Source: Ruminococcus sp.
Lineage (GTDB): Bacteria; Bacillota; Clostridia; Oscillospirales; Ruminococcaceae
Length of the DNA: 64,000 bases
Reading direction: 5' to 3' (one strand)
NCBI RefSeq assembly: GCF_017519145.1
Contig: NZ_JAFWTA010000021.1
A program made the position numbers and the translations under genes. How positions within the stretch are numbered: the stretch's first letter is position 1; every line of letters begins with the position of its first letter. Below are positions 53,858-62,858 of this stretch, one piece after another. A model generated the notes under the pieces. That model was not told the origin of the DNA, searched no databases, and was given only the letters and a program-made list of their open reading frames with translations.

Positions 53858-56477
53858 TCTCCTCGTCCTCGGGCTCAGCCTCGATGACTACCTCGTTCTG
53901 CTCCTCAAGTGCAGCCTCTGCCTCGGCAGCCTTTGCCTGCTCGTCGGTGAGCTGCTCCACCTTTTCGGTCTCGGCGTTGTCATCGTGCTCTGCACGGGTG
54001 AAGGCAACTACATTTGCGCCCTCATTTACCCTCATTACGCGGACGCCCTTTGCGATACGTCCCATAACTCTGATATCGCTGGCGAGTATCCTGATGATGA
54101 TACCGTCACTGGATACGAGGATGATATCATCATCCTCATCAACTATCTTTATTCCGCAGACATGACCGCGGATATCGTCTACCTTGTAGTTGGTAAGTCC
54201 GTAGCCGCCGCGGTTCTGGATACGGTAGCTGTCAAGCTCGGTGCGCTTGCCGTAGCCGTTTTCGGTGACTGTCAGGAGAGTTGCTCCCTCGCGGACTCTT
54301 GCCATGCTTACAACATAGTCGCCGTCGCGGAGCTTGATAGCTCTTACGCCGTGAGCGGAACGTGAAAGTGCTCTGCCCTTGCTCTCCTCAAGGCGGATAG
54401 CCATACCGTTATGGGTAGCTACAAAGAGCTGTGCATTTCCGTCTGTCATGCGGACACCTGCTATCTCGTCGCCCTCGTCAAGACCAATGGCGATAAGACC
54501 GTTCTTGCGGACGTTCTTGTACAGTGACAGGTTTGTCCTCTTTATCTTGCCGTTCTTTGTGACCATGGTGATGAACTTCTCATCGCTGAAATCCGTGGTC
54601 TTTATCATTGCCGCTATCTTCTCGTTTTCTGTGAGAGGAAGCAGATTGATGAGGTTGAAGCCTCTTGATGCCTTTGAACCGTCGGGTATCTCATAGCACT
54701 TGAGCTTGTACATGATACCCTTGTTGGATATGAACAGGATATTGTCATGAGAGCCGCAGATGAACATTTCCTCCACGAAGTCCTCCTCACGCTGCTTCAT
54801 GCCTGTTATGCCGCGTCCGCCGCGGTGCTGTGTCTTGTACTCAGTAAGGGGCATACGCTTGATGTAGCCGTTGTTTGTGAGAGTAACGACGCAGTCCTCC
54901 TCGGGGATAAGGTCCTCGATATCCACCTCGCCGCTGACATTTTCGATATCTGTGCGGCGCTTGTCGCTGAACTTCTTGCGGATAGCGTTGAGGTCGTCCA
55001 TGATAATAGCGTAGACTCTGTTTACGTCTGCAAGGATATCCTCATAGTCGGATATCTTTGTGAGCAGTCCGTAGAGCTCATCGGTTATCTTCTGTCTCTC
55101 CAGACCTGTCAGCTGTCCCAGACGCATCTGGACGATAGCCTCAGCCTGTTCCTGTGAAAGACCTGTCTGCTCCTCGATGTGGAGACCTGTCAGGTCGTAC
55201 TGTGCGCGGTCCAGAAGTGCTGACATATCAACGTCCTTGAAGCGCTCTATCATGCGGTCCTTGGCTTCCTGCACAGTAGAGCTGGAGCGGATTATGTCGA
55301 TGACCTCGTCAATGTAGTCGGCTGCAAGCACGAAGCCCTGTAAGATATGAGCTCTTTCGAGAGCCTTGCGCAGGTCGAAGCGTGTCCTTCTCTGGATAAC
55401 GTCAACCTGAAAATCGAGGTAGTGCTGGAGCATCTGCTTCAGAGTGAGTATTTTGGGCTCGCCGTTTACCAGAGCCAGCATGATTATGCCGACTGTATCC
55501 TGAAGCTGTGTAAGTGCAAAGAGCTTATTGAGGACGATATTTGGAACTGCGTCCTTTTTCAGCTCGATTACTACTCTCATACCGTCCTTGTCGGACTCGT
55601 CGCGGAGGTCGTAAAGTCCCTCTATGCGCTTGTCTCTTGCAAGCTGATTTATGCTCTTGAGGAGCCTCTCCTTACGGAGCATATAGGGTATCTCATCGAT
55701 GATGATGCAGTTTCTGCCCTTTATCTCCTCAAAGTGGGTACGGCTGCGGAGGATTATCTTGCCCTTGCCTGTGCCGTAAGCAGCGCGGATGCCCGCTCTG
55801 CCCATGATTATGCCGCCTGTGGGGAAGTCCGGACCCTGTATGTGCTCCATGAGCTGTTCGAGAGTGCAGTCCGGGTCTTCGATAAGGAGATGAAGTGCAT
55901 CTATGACCTCGCCCAGATTGTGGGGAGGGATATTTGTAGCCATACCTACGGCGATACCTACCGAACCGTTTACCAGCAGATTGGGGAAACGTGAGGGGAG
56001 CACCACCGGCTCCTTGAGACGGTCGTCGTAGTTTGAGGTAAAGTCAACGGTCTCCTTGTTGATATCGGTGAGCATATCCAGTGTGAGCTTTGCCATCTTT
56101 GCCTCGGTATAACGGTAAGCCGCAGGGCCGTCACCGTCGATGGAGCCGAAGTTTCCGTGACCGTCAACAAGGGGATAGCGCATTGAGAAGTCCTGTGCAA
56201 GTCTTACAAGAGCGTCATATACAGACGCATCGCCGTGTGGATGATAACGTCCCAGAACCGCACCGACGGTATCGGCGCACTTACGGTAAGGCTTCTCGGG
56301 AGTAAGTCCGTTCTCGTGGAGCGTATACAGTATCCTTCTGTGTACGGGCTTCAGACCGTCTCTTACATCGGGGAGCGCTCTGGAAACAATTACCGACATG
56401 GCGTAATTGAGCATGGAATTTTCCATTTCGTCAACTATCTCGGTATTTATTACCTTTGAGTTGTCAGTGTAAAGCAT
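53847..56477 (-). CDS. gyrA: DNA gyrase subunit A
   Basis: YAMSVIVSRALPDVRDGLKPVHRRILY, active-site AAYRYTEA, six beta-pinwheel repeats, and an acidic tail. Confidence 0.98.
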   Translation of the reverse strand: MLYTDNSKVINTEIVDEMENSMLNYAMSVIVSRALPDVRDGLKPVHRRILYTLHENGLTPEKPYRKCADTVGAVLGRYHPHGDASVYDALVRLAQDFSMRYPLVDGHGNFGSIDGDGPAAYRYTEAKMAKLTLDMLTDINKETVDFTSNYDDRLKEPVVLPSRFPNLLVNGSVGIAVGMATNIPPHNLGEVIDALHLLIEDPDCTLEQLMEHIQGPDFPTGGIIMGRAGIRAAYGTGKGKIILRSRTHFEEIKGRNCIIIDEIPYMLRKERLLKSINQLARDKRIEGLYDLRDESDKDGMRVVIELKKDAVPNIVLNKLFALTQLQDTVGIIMLALVNGEPKILTLKQMLQHYLDFQVDVIQRRTRFDLRKALERAHILQGFVLAADYIDEVIDIIRSSSTVQEAKDRMIERFKDVDMSALLDRAQYDLTGLHIEEQTGLSQEQAEAIVQMRLGQLTGLERQKITDELYGLLTKISDYEDILADVNRVYAIIMDDLNAIRKKFSDKRRTDIENVSGEVDIEDLIPEEDCVVTLTNNGYIKRMPLTEYKTQHRGGRGITGMKQREEDFVEEMFICGSHDNILFISNKGIMYKLKCYEIPDGSKASRGFNLINLLPLTENEKIAAMIKTTDFSDEKFITMVTKNGKIKRTNLSLYKNVRKNGLIAIGLDEGDEIAGVRMTDGNAQLFVATHNGMAIRLEESKGRALSRSAHGVRAIKLRDGDYVVSMARVREGATLLTVTENGYGKRTELDSYRIQNRGGYGLTNYKVDDIRGHVCGIKIVDEDDDIILVSSDGIIIRILASDIRVMGRIAKGVRVMRVNEGANVVAFTRAEHDDNAETEKVEQLTDEQAKAAEAEAALEEQNEVVIEAEPEDEENEE

Positions 56478-56526
56478 TTTTTCCTCCTGAGAGAATTTAT
56501 TTTATCCGCAGTATCATGCGTTATTC

Positions 56527-57114
56527 TCATTTTTTTAAGCTTCTTACGGTATCGAGCTCATTCTCGGAAAATCCCTCTTTCGGGAGAATATAGAACATTT
56601 CTTTTCCCGACATGAGCATGAAAAATCTTTCATATTCCATGAGCTGAAAGCTGTCATCAGCGGCAAGTCTGGTCTTTTCGGGAAGGGGATCGATATCCTC
56701 GGGGATATCCTCCTTTTCCTCATCGGAGAGCTCGCTGAGATTGTCCGAGACCGTAGATATATCCACAAATTTGTCGCCTACGCCTATTTTGTACACAGGC
56801 TCGCCCAGAGCCTTTACCGACTCTGTGAGACTGCGGCGGAGCTTCTTGGGATTGTACCACTCTCTTGCCGCAAAGGCAAATGCTGCCACAATGGCGATAT
56901 AGACGATGTATTTCTGTTTCGTGGAAGCGCCGCTCATTGCAAATATCCCCACACAGAGCAGAGCTACGGCAATAACAGTGAATATTATCATGTATATCCT
57001 GCTCTTGGGGTAAACGAATTTTTTCTGGAACTCGCCGTAAGCCTCGCTGAAAAGCTCCGGGCTTACCTTGTATTCCTTTTCAAGCCTGTAATTTTCCATT
57101 GCAGCTCCTGTCAT
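56527..57114 (-). CDS. YcxB-like membrane protein between gyrB and gyrA
   Basis: Two TM helices, then ...[30 protein letters not shown]. Its start ATG overlaps the gyrB stop (ATGA). Confidence 0.5.
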   Translation of the reverse strand: MTGAAMENYRLEKEYKVSPELFSEAYGEFQKKFVYPKSRIYMIIFTVIAVALLCVGIFAMSGASTKQKYIVYIAIVAAFAFAAREWYNPKKLRRSLTESVKALGEPVYKIGVGDKFVDISTVSDNLSELSDEEKEDIPEDIDPLPEKTRLAADDSFQLMEYERFFMLMSGKEMFYILPKEGFSENELDTVRSLKK

Positions 57115-59042
57115 ATATCAAGATCCTGAGCGAACTTTGCGTTCTTCTCGATGAAGTTTCTTCTTGGCTCTACCTTGTCGCCCATGAGTATGCTGAAGGT
57201 CTCGTCTGCCTTGAGGGCGTCCTCCATGCCAATTCTTACGATGGTACGGTGCTCGGGGTCCATAGTTGTCTCCCAGAGCTGTTCGGGGTCCATCTCACCA
57301 AGACCCTTGTAGCGCTGTACCTCTACGTCCTTGTACTTGCCGTCCTCGGAGAGCTCGGCGATGTACTTATCGCGCTCCTCGTCGGAGAATGCGTAGTATA
57401 TCTTCTTTTTGCGCTCGACTCTGAAAAGGGGAGGCTGAGCGATATAAACATTGCCGTTGGTGATAAGGGGTCTCATATAGCGGAAGAAGAAGGTGAGGAG
57501 CAGAGTTCTGATGTGCATACCGTCAACATCGGCATCCGCCATGATTATTACCTTGCCGTAGCGGAGCTTTTCGATGTCGAAGTCCTCGCCTATTCCGGTT
57601 CCGAGGGCAGTAACTACGGGCTCCAGCTTGTCATTGCCGTAGATACGGTCTATACGGGCTTTCTCTACATTGAGCATCTTGCCCCAGAGAGCAAGGATAG
57701 CCTGATAGCGTCGGTCACGGCCCTGCTTTGCAGAACCTCCCGCAGAATCTCCCTCGACAATGTAAATCTCGGTATAGCGGTTGTCGCGCTCGGCGCAGTC
57801 CGCCAGCTTTTCGGGCATGGTAGCCTTTCCGAAGGCGTTCTTGTTACGCTCTGCCTCACGGGCGCGCTTTGCAGCTTCACGGGCTTTGAGAGCGGAAACG
57901 CTCTTTTCAAAGATGAGGTTTGCAGTCTCGGGGTTCTCCTCTAAGAAGTTCATGAGCTTTTCCTGCACCATTTTCTCGATAAAGGGTCTTACCTCGGGAT
58001 TTCCGAGACGTCCCTTTGTCTGACCCTCGAACTCGCATTCTGTCAGCTTTACTGAGATAATGGCAGTAAGTCCCTCGCGGACGTCCTCGCCCTTGAGCTT
58101 GTCCTTGGCGTCCTTTATCTTGCCCATCTTGACGCCGTACTCGTTGATGACCTTGGTCAGGGCATTCTTGAAGCCTGTCTCGTGTGAGCCGCCGTCCTTG
58201 GTGTGGATATTGTTTGCAAATGAGAGTATTACTTCATTGTAGCTGTCGTTGTACTGGAGAGCTATCTCCGCGAAGGAGTCGCCTTGAGTTCCAGAAATAT
58301 AGATAACATCGCCGCTGAGGGATTCGAGTCCTCTTGTGGCGTGGATATGCTCTACGAACTGACGGATACCGCCCTCATAGTGGAGGGTCTCGCTGAGGAT
58401 ATTGGCGCTGTCGCGCTTGTCAGAGAATACTATCTTTATGCCTGCATTGAGGAAAGCCTGCTCGCGGAGACGCTTCAGAAGCACCTCGTAATCGTATACG
58501 GTGCTCTCGAATATCTCATCGTCAGCCTTGAACATTACGCTGGTACCTGTCTCCTTGGTATCGCCGATTATTTTCAGCTCCTCGTCGTAATGACCGCGCT
58601 CAAAGCGCTGGAAGTAAACGTGCTCTCCGTCCTTGACTGTGAGCTCCAGCCATGAGGAAAGGGCATTAACTACCGAGGCACCAACGCCGTGGAGACCGCC
58701 CGATACCTTATATCCGCCGCCGCCGAACTTACCGCCTGCGTGGAGGATGGTATAAACTACTGTTGCAGCTGAGATGCCCTCCTTTGGGTGGATGCCTACG
58801 GGGATTCCTCGTCCGTTATCGGAAACGCGGATGATATCGCCCTCAAGTATCTCAACGGTTATCTCGGTACAGTAGCCTGCAAGGGCTTCGTCGATGGAGT
58901 TGTCCACTATCTCGTAAACGAGGTGGTGGAGTCCTCCGGGACCTGTGGAACCGATGTACATACCGGGTCTTTTGCGGACCGCTTCAAGTCCCTCCAAGAC
59001 CTGTATGTCGTTTTCATCGTAATTGTTGTTCTGCTGACTCAT
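57111..59042 (-). CDS. gyrB: DNA gyrase subunit B
   Basis: [30 protein letters not shown] ATPase, Toprim [20 protein letters not shown], and PLxGKxLNVEK-type block. Confidence 0.98.
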   Translation of the reverse strand: MSQQNNNYDENDIQVLEGLEAVRKRPGMYIGSTGPGGLHHLVYEIVDNSIDEALAGYCTEITVEILEGDIIRVSDNGRGIPVGIHPKEGISAATVVYTILHAGGKFGGGGYKVSGGLHGVGASVVNALSSWLELTVKDGEHVYFQRFERGHYDEELKIIGDTKETGTSVMFKADDEIFESTVYDYEVLLKRLREQAFLNAGIKIVFSDKRDSANILSETLHYEGGIRQFVEHIHATRGLESLSGDVIYISGTQGDSFAEIALQYNDSYNEVILSFANNIHTKDGGSHETGFKNALTKVINEYGVKMGKIKDAKDKLKGEDVREGLTAIISVKLTECEFEGQTKGRLGNPEVRPFIEKMVQEKLMNFLEENPETANLIFEKSVSALKAREAAKRAREAERNKNAFGKATMPEKLADCAERDNRYTEIYIVEGDSAGGSAKQGRDRRYQAILALWGKMLNVEKARIDRIYGNDKLEPVVTALGTGIGEDFDIEKLRYGKVIIMADADVDGMHIRTLLLTFFFRYMRPLITNGNVYIAQPPLFRVERKKKIYYAFSDEERDKYIAELSEDGKYKDVEVQRYKGLGEMDPEQLWETTMDPEHRTIVRIGMEDALKADETFSILMGDKVEPRRNFIEKNAKFAQDLDI

Positions 59043-59045
59043 GAT

Positions 59046-59564
59046 TTACCTCCAATAATTCTGGTTGTATATGTCATTGACCCAATTTATGGGATTATTG
59101 TCAATGTAATTGCAGATCTCAAGGAATTCCCTTTCATTGCGGATTATGTGGTCGTGAAATGATTTCTGCCATATAGAGAAACCTATCTGTTTTGTAGAAA
59201 TAGATTTAAGCCCGTTGATTATCTGAGAAACGTTTTTTGTAGGGAACGCCGCCCTCGGCGTTCCACAATTTACAGATTTATCTTCATAATCCGAAATGAA
59301 CAAAATCATATGAATATGGTCGGGCATTATTACATATTTCGTAACCGCAACATAGCGGTATATATCATTTATTTTTTTGATATTTTTATCAACGATCTCA
59401 CCATATTCCGTTAATTTTATGATCGGAACGCCGAGGGCGGCGTTCCCTACATCACGGATATCTGATAAATACCTGATACGGTCTTTCGTGCAAATGGTAA
59501 TGAAATACAGACCATTCCGTGAATAATCGTAATTTTTCAATCTGTTCAGCCTGCGATCCTCCAT
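59046..59564 (-). CDS. HUH/Y1 transposase-like protein of the REP-associated (RAYT-like) type
   Basis: RLKNYDYSRNGLYFITICTKDR, HUH motif VIMPDHIHMILFI, WQKSFHDHIIRNE, and Tyr motif ICNYIDNNPINW. It contains two in-frame REP copies. No IS ends are visible. Confidence 0.8.
   Translation of the reverse strand: MEDRRLNRLKNYDYSRNGLYFITICTKDRIRYLSDIRDVGNAALGVPIIKLTEYGEIVDKNIKKINDIYRYVAVTKYVIMPDHIHMILFISDYEDKSVNCGTPRAAFPTKNVSQIINGLKSISTKQIGFSIWQKSFHDHIIRNEREFLEICNYIDNNPINWVNDIYNQNYWR
59239..59264 (+). repeat. REP copy inside the RAYT-like ORF (antisense to the gene)
   Basis: GTAGGGAACGCCGCCCTCGGCGTTCC, identical to 43162-43187. Translated on the gene strand as CGTPRAAFPT. Confidence 0.85.
59425..59450 (-). 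repeat. REP copy inside the RAYT-like ORF (sense with the gene)
   Basis: The minus strand reads GTAGGGAACGCCGCCCTCGGCGTTCC, translated as (D)VGNAALGVP. Confidence 0.85.
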
Positions 59565-59824
59565 CAGAACCCTCCGCCATTTTTCAGGCGTTTCCGCAGT
59601 GTAGCTGCCGAGAGCTGGGAGATATACACCCTCTCGCTGCCGTTCTTCACTGTTATTATGAAGCTTTTCGGCATTTCGTAGGTTGTGTATATACAGTGAT
59701 GTTCCTTTTCGGCACGTTCAAGGAGCTTCTTGGTGCACTTTTCAACAGTTGTGTTCTCAATGTCGAAAATCCCCACAACGTCCCTGACGTCCACGGAGTA
59801 GTTATTCCCTATGTGCAGATACAT
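59564..59824 (-). CDS. remB: DUF370 protein (RemB/YaaB-like)
   Basis: [23 protein letters not shown]...PKSFIITVKNGSERVYISQLSAATLRKR. It holds the conserved position between recF and gyrB. Confidence 0.8.
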   Translation of the reverse strand: MYLHIGNNYSVDVRDVVGIFDIENTTVEKCTKKLLERAEKEHHCIYTTYEMPKSFIITVKNGSERVYISQLSAATLRKRLKNGGGF

Positions 59825-60950
59825 TTTCGTCCTCCTCCAGAACGCTTCCGCCGCTTATCCTGAGAATTTTTCCCTTTATCTCGGGAAGAAGCGCATTTTC
59901 GTTGGGTGTGGTTATGAATACCTGCATATCTTTTATCATATCGAATACGAACCTCTGACGGCTCTCGTCAAGCTCGCCCATTACGTCATCAAGAAATATG
60001 ACGGGAGCTTCCTTTGACCGCTGCATGAATATCTCAGCCTGAGCCAGCTTCATGACCAGCGCGGCGCTTTTTATCTGTCCCTGTGAGCCGTAGTCCTTGG
60101 CGCTGACGCCGTTTATCTTTATGAGTATCTCATCGCGGTTGACTCCTGCATGAGTGCTTCCCGTTCTGATGTCGTAATCCGAGGTCTCTTTCAGCTTCCT
60201 GTAATACTGCTCGTAAGCTTCCTCGCCGCAGGGCTTTTCAAAGTCCTCGGGTCTGAAAACATTTGACTTGTACTCCAGCTCAAGCTCCTCTGTTCCTCCC
60301 GATATAGTGCGGTAAAGTCTGCCGCAGATACCGTTGAACCTGTCTATATACTCATGGCGCATATAAGAGATGACTGCTCCCTCGCGGGAAGCCTGTCTGT
60401 CCCATACATCAAGGATAGCTCTTTCGGTATTTCCCTGCATTATGCCCTTGAGGAGCGCATTGCGCTGGTTCATGATGGCGTTGTTCTTGTTGATGTGCAT
60501 GACAAAGACGGGATTGAGCTGTGAAGCTGCCATATCCACGAAGTTACGCCTTTTTTCGGGCGACCCCTTTATTATGTCCACATCGTCGGGGATAAAGGCT
60601 ATGCACTTGAAAACGTCAAAGAGCGCCCTTGTTCCCTTTTGTTTTACGCCGTTGAGGGTTATATTCTTGCTGTTTGCGGCACTTCTGGTCATCTCAAAGG
60701 TTATTTTCTGTTCGCGGACGCTGTCCATGATCTTCACCTTTGACTCCATACGGCTGCCGCCGAGGCAGATATAGTCCTTTTCCTTCGAGCCGCGGAAGCT
60801 CTTGCAGCCCGAAAGGATCCACATGGCTTCAAGAAGATTGGTCTTGCCCTGAGCATTGGGACCCACTATGATATTATACTTCGGGTCGGGGGCAAAGGAT
60901 ATGCCGCTCAGGTTCTTAAAGCCGTCAATATCGGCGTAGGTGACTATCAC
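59802..60950 (-). CDS. recF: DNA replication and repair protein RecF
   Basis: Walker [30 protein letters not shown] signature, and [12 protein letters not shown] Walker B. Confidence 0.95.
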   Translation of the reverse strand: MIVTYADIDGFKNLSGISFAPDPKYNIIVGPNAQGKTNLLEAMWILSGCKSFRGSKEKDYICLGGSRMESKVKIMDSVREQKITFEMTRSAANSKNITLNGVKQKGTRALFDVFKCIAFIPDDVDIIKGSPEKRRNFVDMAASQLNPVFVMHINKNNAIMNQRNALLKGIMQGNTERAILDVWDRQASREGAVISYMRHEYIDRFNGICGRLYRTISGGTEELELEYKSNVFRPEDFEKPCGEEAYEQYYRKLKETSDYDIRTGSTHAGVNRDEILIKINGVSAKDYGSQGQIKSAALVMKLAQAEIFMQRSKEAPVIFLDDVMGELDESRQRFVFDMIKDMQVFITTPNENALLPEIKGKILRISGGSVLEEDENVSAHRE

Positions 60951-61159
60951 TCTACGATTACCTCTTGACCGTCCAGCTCTACTCTGTCACCGGGACGGAT
61001 CTTCTTTCCCCTCATGGTGCAGACCTCTCCGTTAACGAGGACTTCTCCGTCCTGTATGAGCTGCTTTGCCTCTCCGCCGGAGCCCACAAGTGAAGCGAAT
61101 TTCAGGAGCGCATCCAGCTTTATGAACTCAGTGGTTATTTTTATCCTGTTTTCGGGCAT
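60947..61159 (-). CDS. yaaA: S4-domain RNA-binding protein YaaA
   Basis: [51 protein letters not shown] follows AGAGGTG. There is a 4-nt overlap with recF. Confidence 0.85.
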   Translation of the reverse strand: MPENRIKITTEFIKLDALLKFASLVGSGGEAKQLIQDGEVLVNGEVCTMRGKKIRPGDRVELDGQEVIVE

Positions 61160-61269
61160 ATATATCACCTCTTACGGTAGAATACTTATACGAGATCATT
61201 TCAAGTCTCGCGGATACATGACTTCAGCTGCCATATGAGCAGCTGATAAGTTAAGCCATTCCGCAGCTC

Positions 61270-62376
61270 TCAGTTCTTGAGCTGTATGGGCATTACAAGG
61301 AATATGAAGCTTTCGCCCTCGAGAGGAAGTATCTCGATGACCTTCATTGCGCCGTTGAAGCGAATGCGCACCTTGTCGCCCTCCGCAGCACGGAGCGCCT
61401 CCAGAATGAGCTTGTTATTGAAGCCGATAGTAACGGTCTCGCCCGAAATATCGGCGGAAATAGCGTCGTTTATCTTACCGATGCCTGTCTTGCAGCTTAT
61501 CTTCATTACGCCGTTGCCGACCTCGCAGCGGATAGGCGACTTATTTTTGTCATCGATAAGAAGTGAGCAGCGCTCGAGACAGGTGGAGAAATCCCTCTTG
61601 CTGATGATGACCTCTGTCTTACAGCCGCTGGGGATGCTGAGCTTGTAGTTATGGAAAACACCCTCGAGAAGTCTGGATATAACAAAAACATTGCCGATCT
61701 CGAAGATAATGTGTCTGTCGTTGGTGCAGACTGTGCAGAGCTTCTCATCGTCGTCGTCCTTGATAAGTGTTGACACTTCAAGGAGAGCCTTTTTCGGAAC
61801 TACGAAGTGGTACTTTTCTGTGCAGTCGGTGAGCTCGCTTCTGATAGCGAGTCTGAAACCGTCGATAGCTACCATATTGAAGCTTCCCTCCTCGATGTCA
61901 AAAAGCTCACCTGTGAGAACGGGCTTGCTCTCGTTGAGAGAAGCGGCATAGCTGGTCATATTTATCATTGATTTGAGTATGCTCTGCTTTACGGAGAAGC
62001 TTCTTGCGGAGTCTACCTTGGGAAGCTCGGGATATTCGTTTGCTGACATTGCGGGGAAGCTGCACTCCGTAGCGCTGCATGAGATGGTGATAACGAGGTT
62101 TTCGTCGATATCGAAGGTGATCTCATCTCCCGACATACGTCTTGTGAACTCGCTGAAAAGTCTTGCACTTACTACGAATTCGCCCTCTCCCTCGGTACTT
62201 GCACCGATAGAGGTACGGATACCCATTTCAAGGTTATAGGCGGTAAGCTCCACGCTTCCCTCGGATACGCGGACCTTTATGCCCTCGAGAGCGGGAATAG
62301 TGGATTTCTGTGAAACAGCTCTTGAGACATTTCCTATAGCCTCGCTGATCTCTGTTTTATTGCAGATGAATTTCAT
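61270..62376 (-). CDS. dnaN: DNA polymerase III beta sliding clamp
   Basis: MKFICNKTEISEAIGNVSRAVSQKSTIPALEGIKV... 368 aa. Start moved to the ATG after GGAGG; the track's 46-aa extension runs into the AT-rich spacer. Confidence 0.95.
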   Translation of the reverse strand: MKFICNKTEISEAIGNVSRAVSQKSTIPALEGIKVRVSEGSVELTAYNLEMGIRTSIGASTEGEGEFVVSARLFSEFTRRMSGDEITFDIDENLVITISCSATECSFPAMSANEYPELPKVDSARSFSVKQSILKSMINMTSYAASLNESKPVLTGELFDIEEGSFNMVAIDGFRLAIRSELTDCTEKYHFVVPKKALLEVSTLIKDDDDEKLCTVCTNDRHIIFEIGNVFVISRLLEGVFHNYKLSIPSGCKTEVIISKRDFSTCLERCSLLIDDKNKSPIRCEVGNGVMKISCKTGIGKINDAISADISGETVTIGFNNKLILEALRAAEGDKVRIRFNGAMKVIEILPLEGESFIFLVMPIQLKN

Positions 62377-62858
62377 TGTATAAGCCTCCGTGATATCTTG
62401 GCTGTGATAAGATAAGCTAAGATAAGAATAAATAATATTGTTGTTGTTATTGTGTCGGTGGAAAAGTTGGAACAGGCGTTTTTTAAAGATATACGCCGCA
62501 AAGCTCGTCCACATGGCACTGTTGTGAAATTTTTGAAATGGGGGAAAATGTGTCAGCCTGTCCGTTTTTGTGTGAAAAAGGTTTAAGTCTGTGGAGTTGA
62601 AAAGGAAAAAAAGTTGAGAAAAAAGTGGAAAACGGAATATCGAAATATTTTTTAGCGTAAAATTTCACAGTGATGTTAAGTGTTGAAAGTTGTCCCTGTT
62701 GAAATGAGATCCGACAGCCGCGGTGAGCAAAGCTGAAAAATTATTTTTATATCGGGGATCATTTCACAGCAGAGTTTTAAGATTAGTTTTAAACACAGTG
62801 TTGAAAACTCTGTTGAATGAGCAGTTTTCAACTTTTTAAACGTTGACCGTCAGTTGAC
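62377..62858. promoter_or_regulatory. dnaA-dnaN spacer: putative oriC half (incC-like) with weak DnaA boxes and an AT-rich unwinding candidate
   Basis: 7/9 boxes at 62457-62465, 62505-62513, 62571-62579 and 62624-62632. (GTT)n tract at 62438-62452. AT-rich GATAAG repeats at 62405-62437. Five TGTTGAA motifs at 62681-62833. Confidence 0.65.

Noticed and set aside
62438-62452. The (GTT)n tract as canonical DnaA-trios
   Set aside because: The repeated triplet and its strand polarity relative to the neighbouring box do not match the published 3'-GAT-5' trio. It is reported only as a periodic tract that needs testing.
62377-62514. 46-aa N-terminal extension of dnaN in the ORF track (MWTSFAAYIFKK...NNNNN...)
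   Set aside because: The extension is translated from the AT-rich spacer. A canonical MKFICNKTEI start with a GGAGG RBS is present at 62376.
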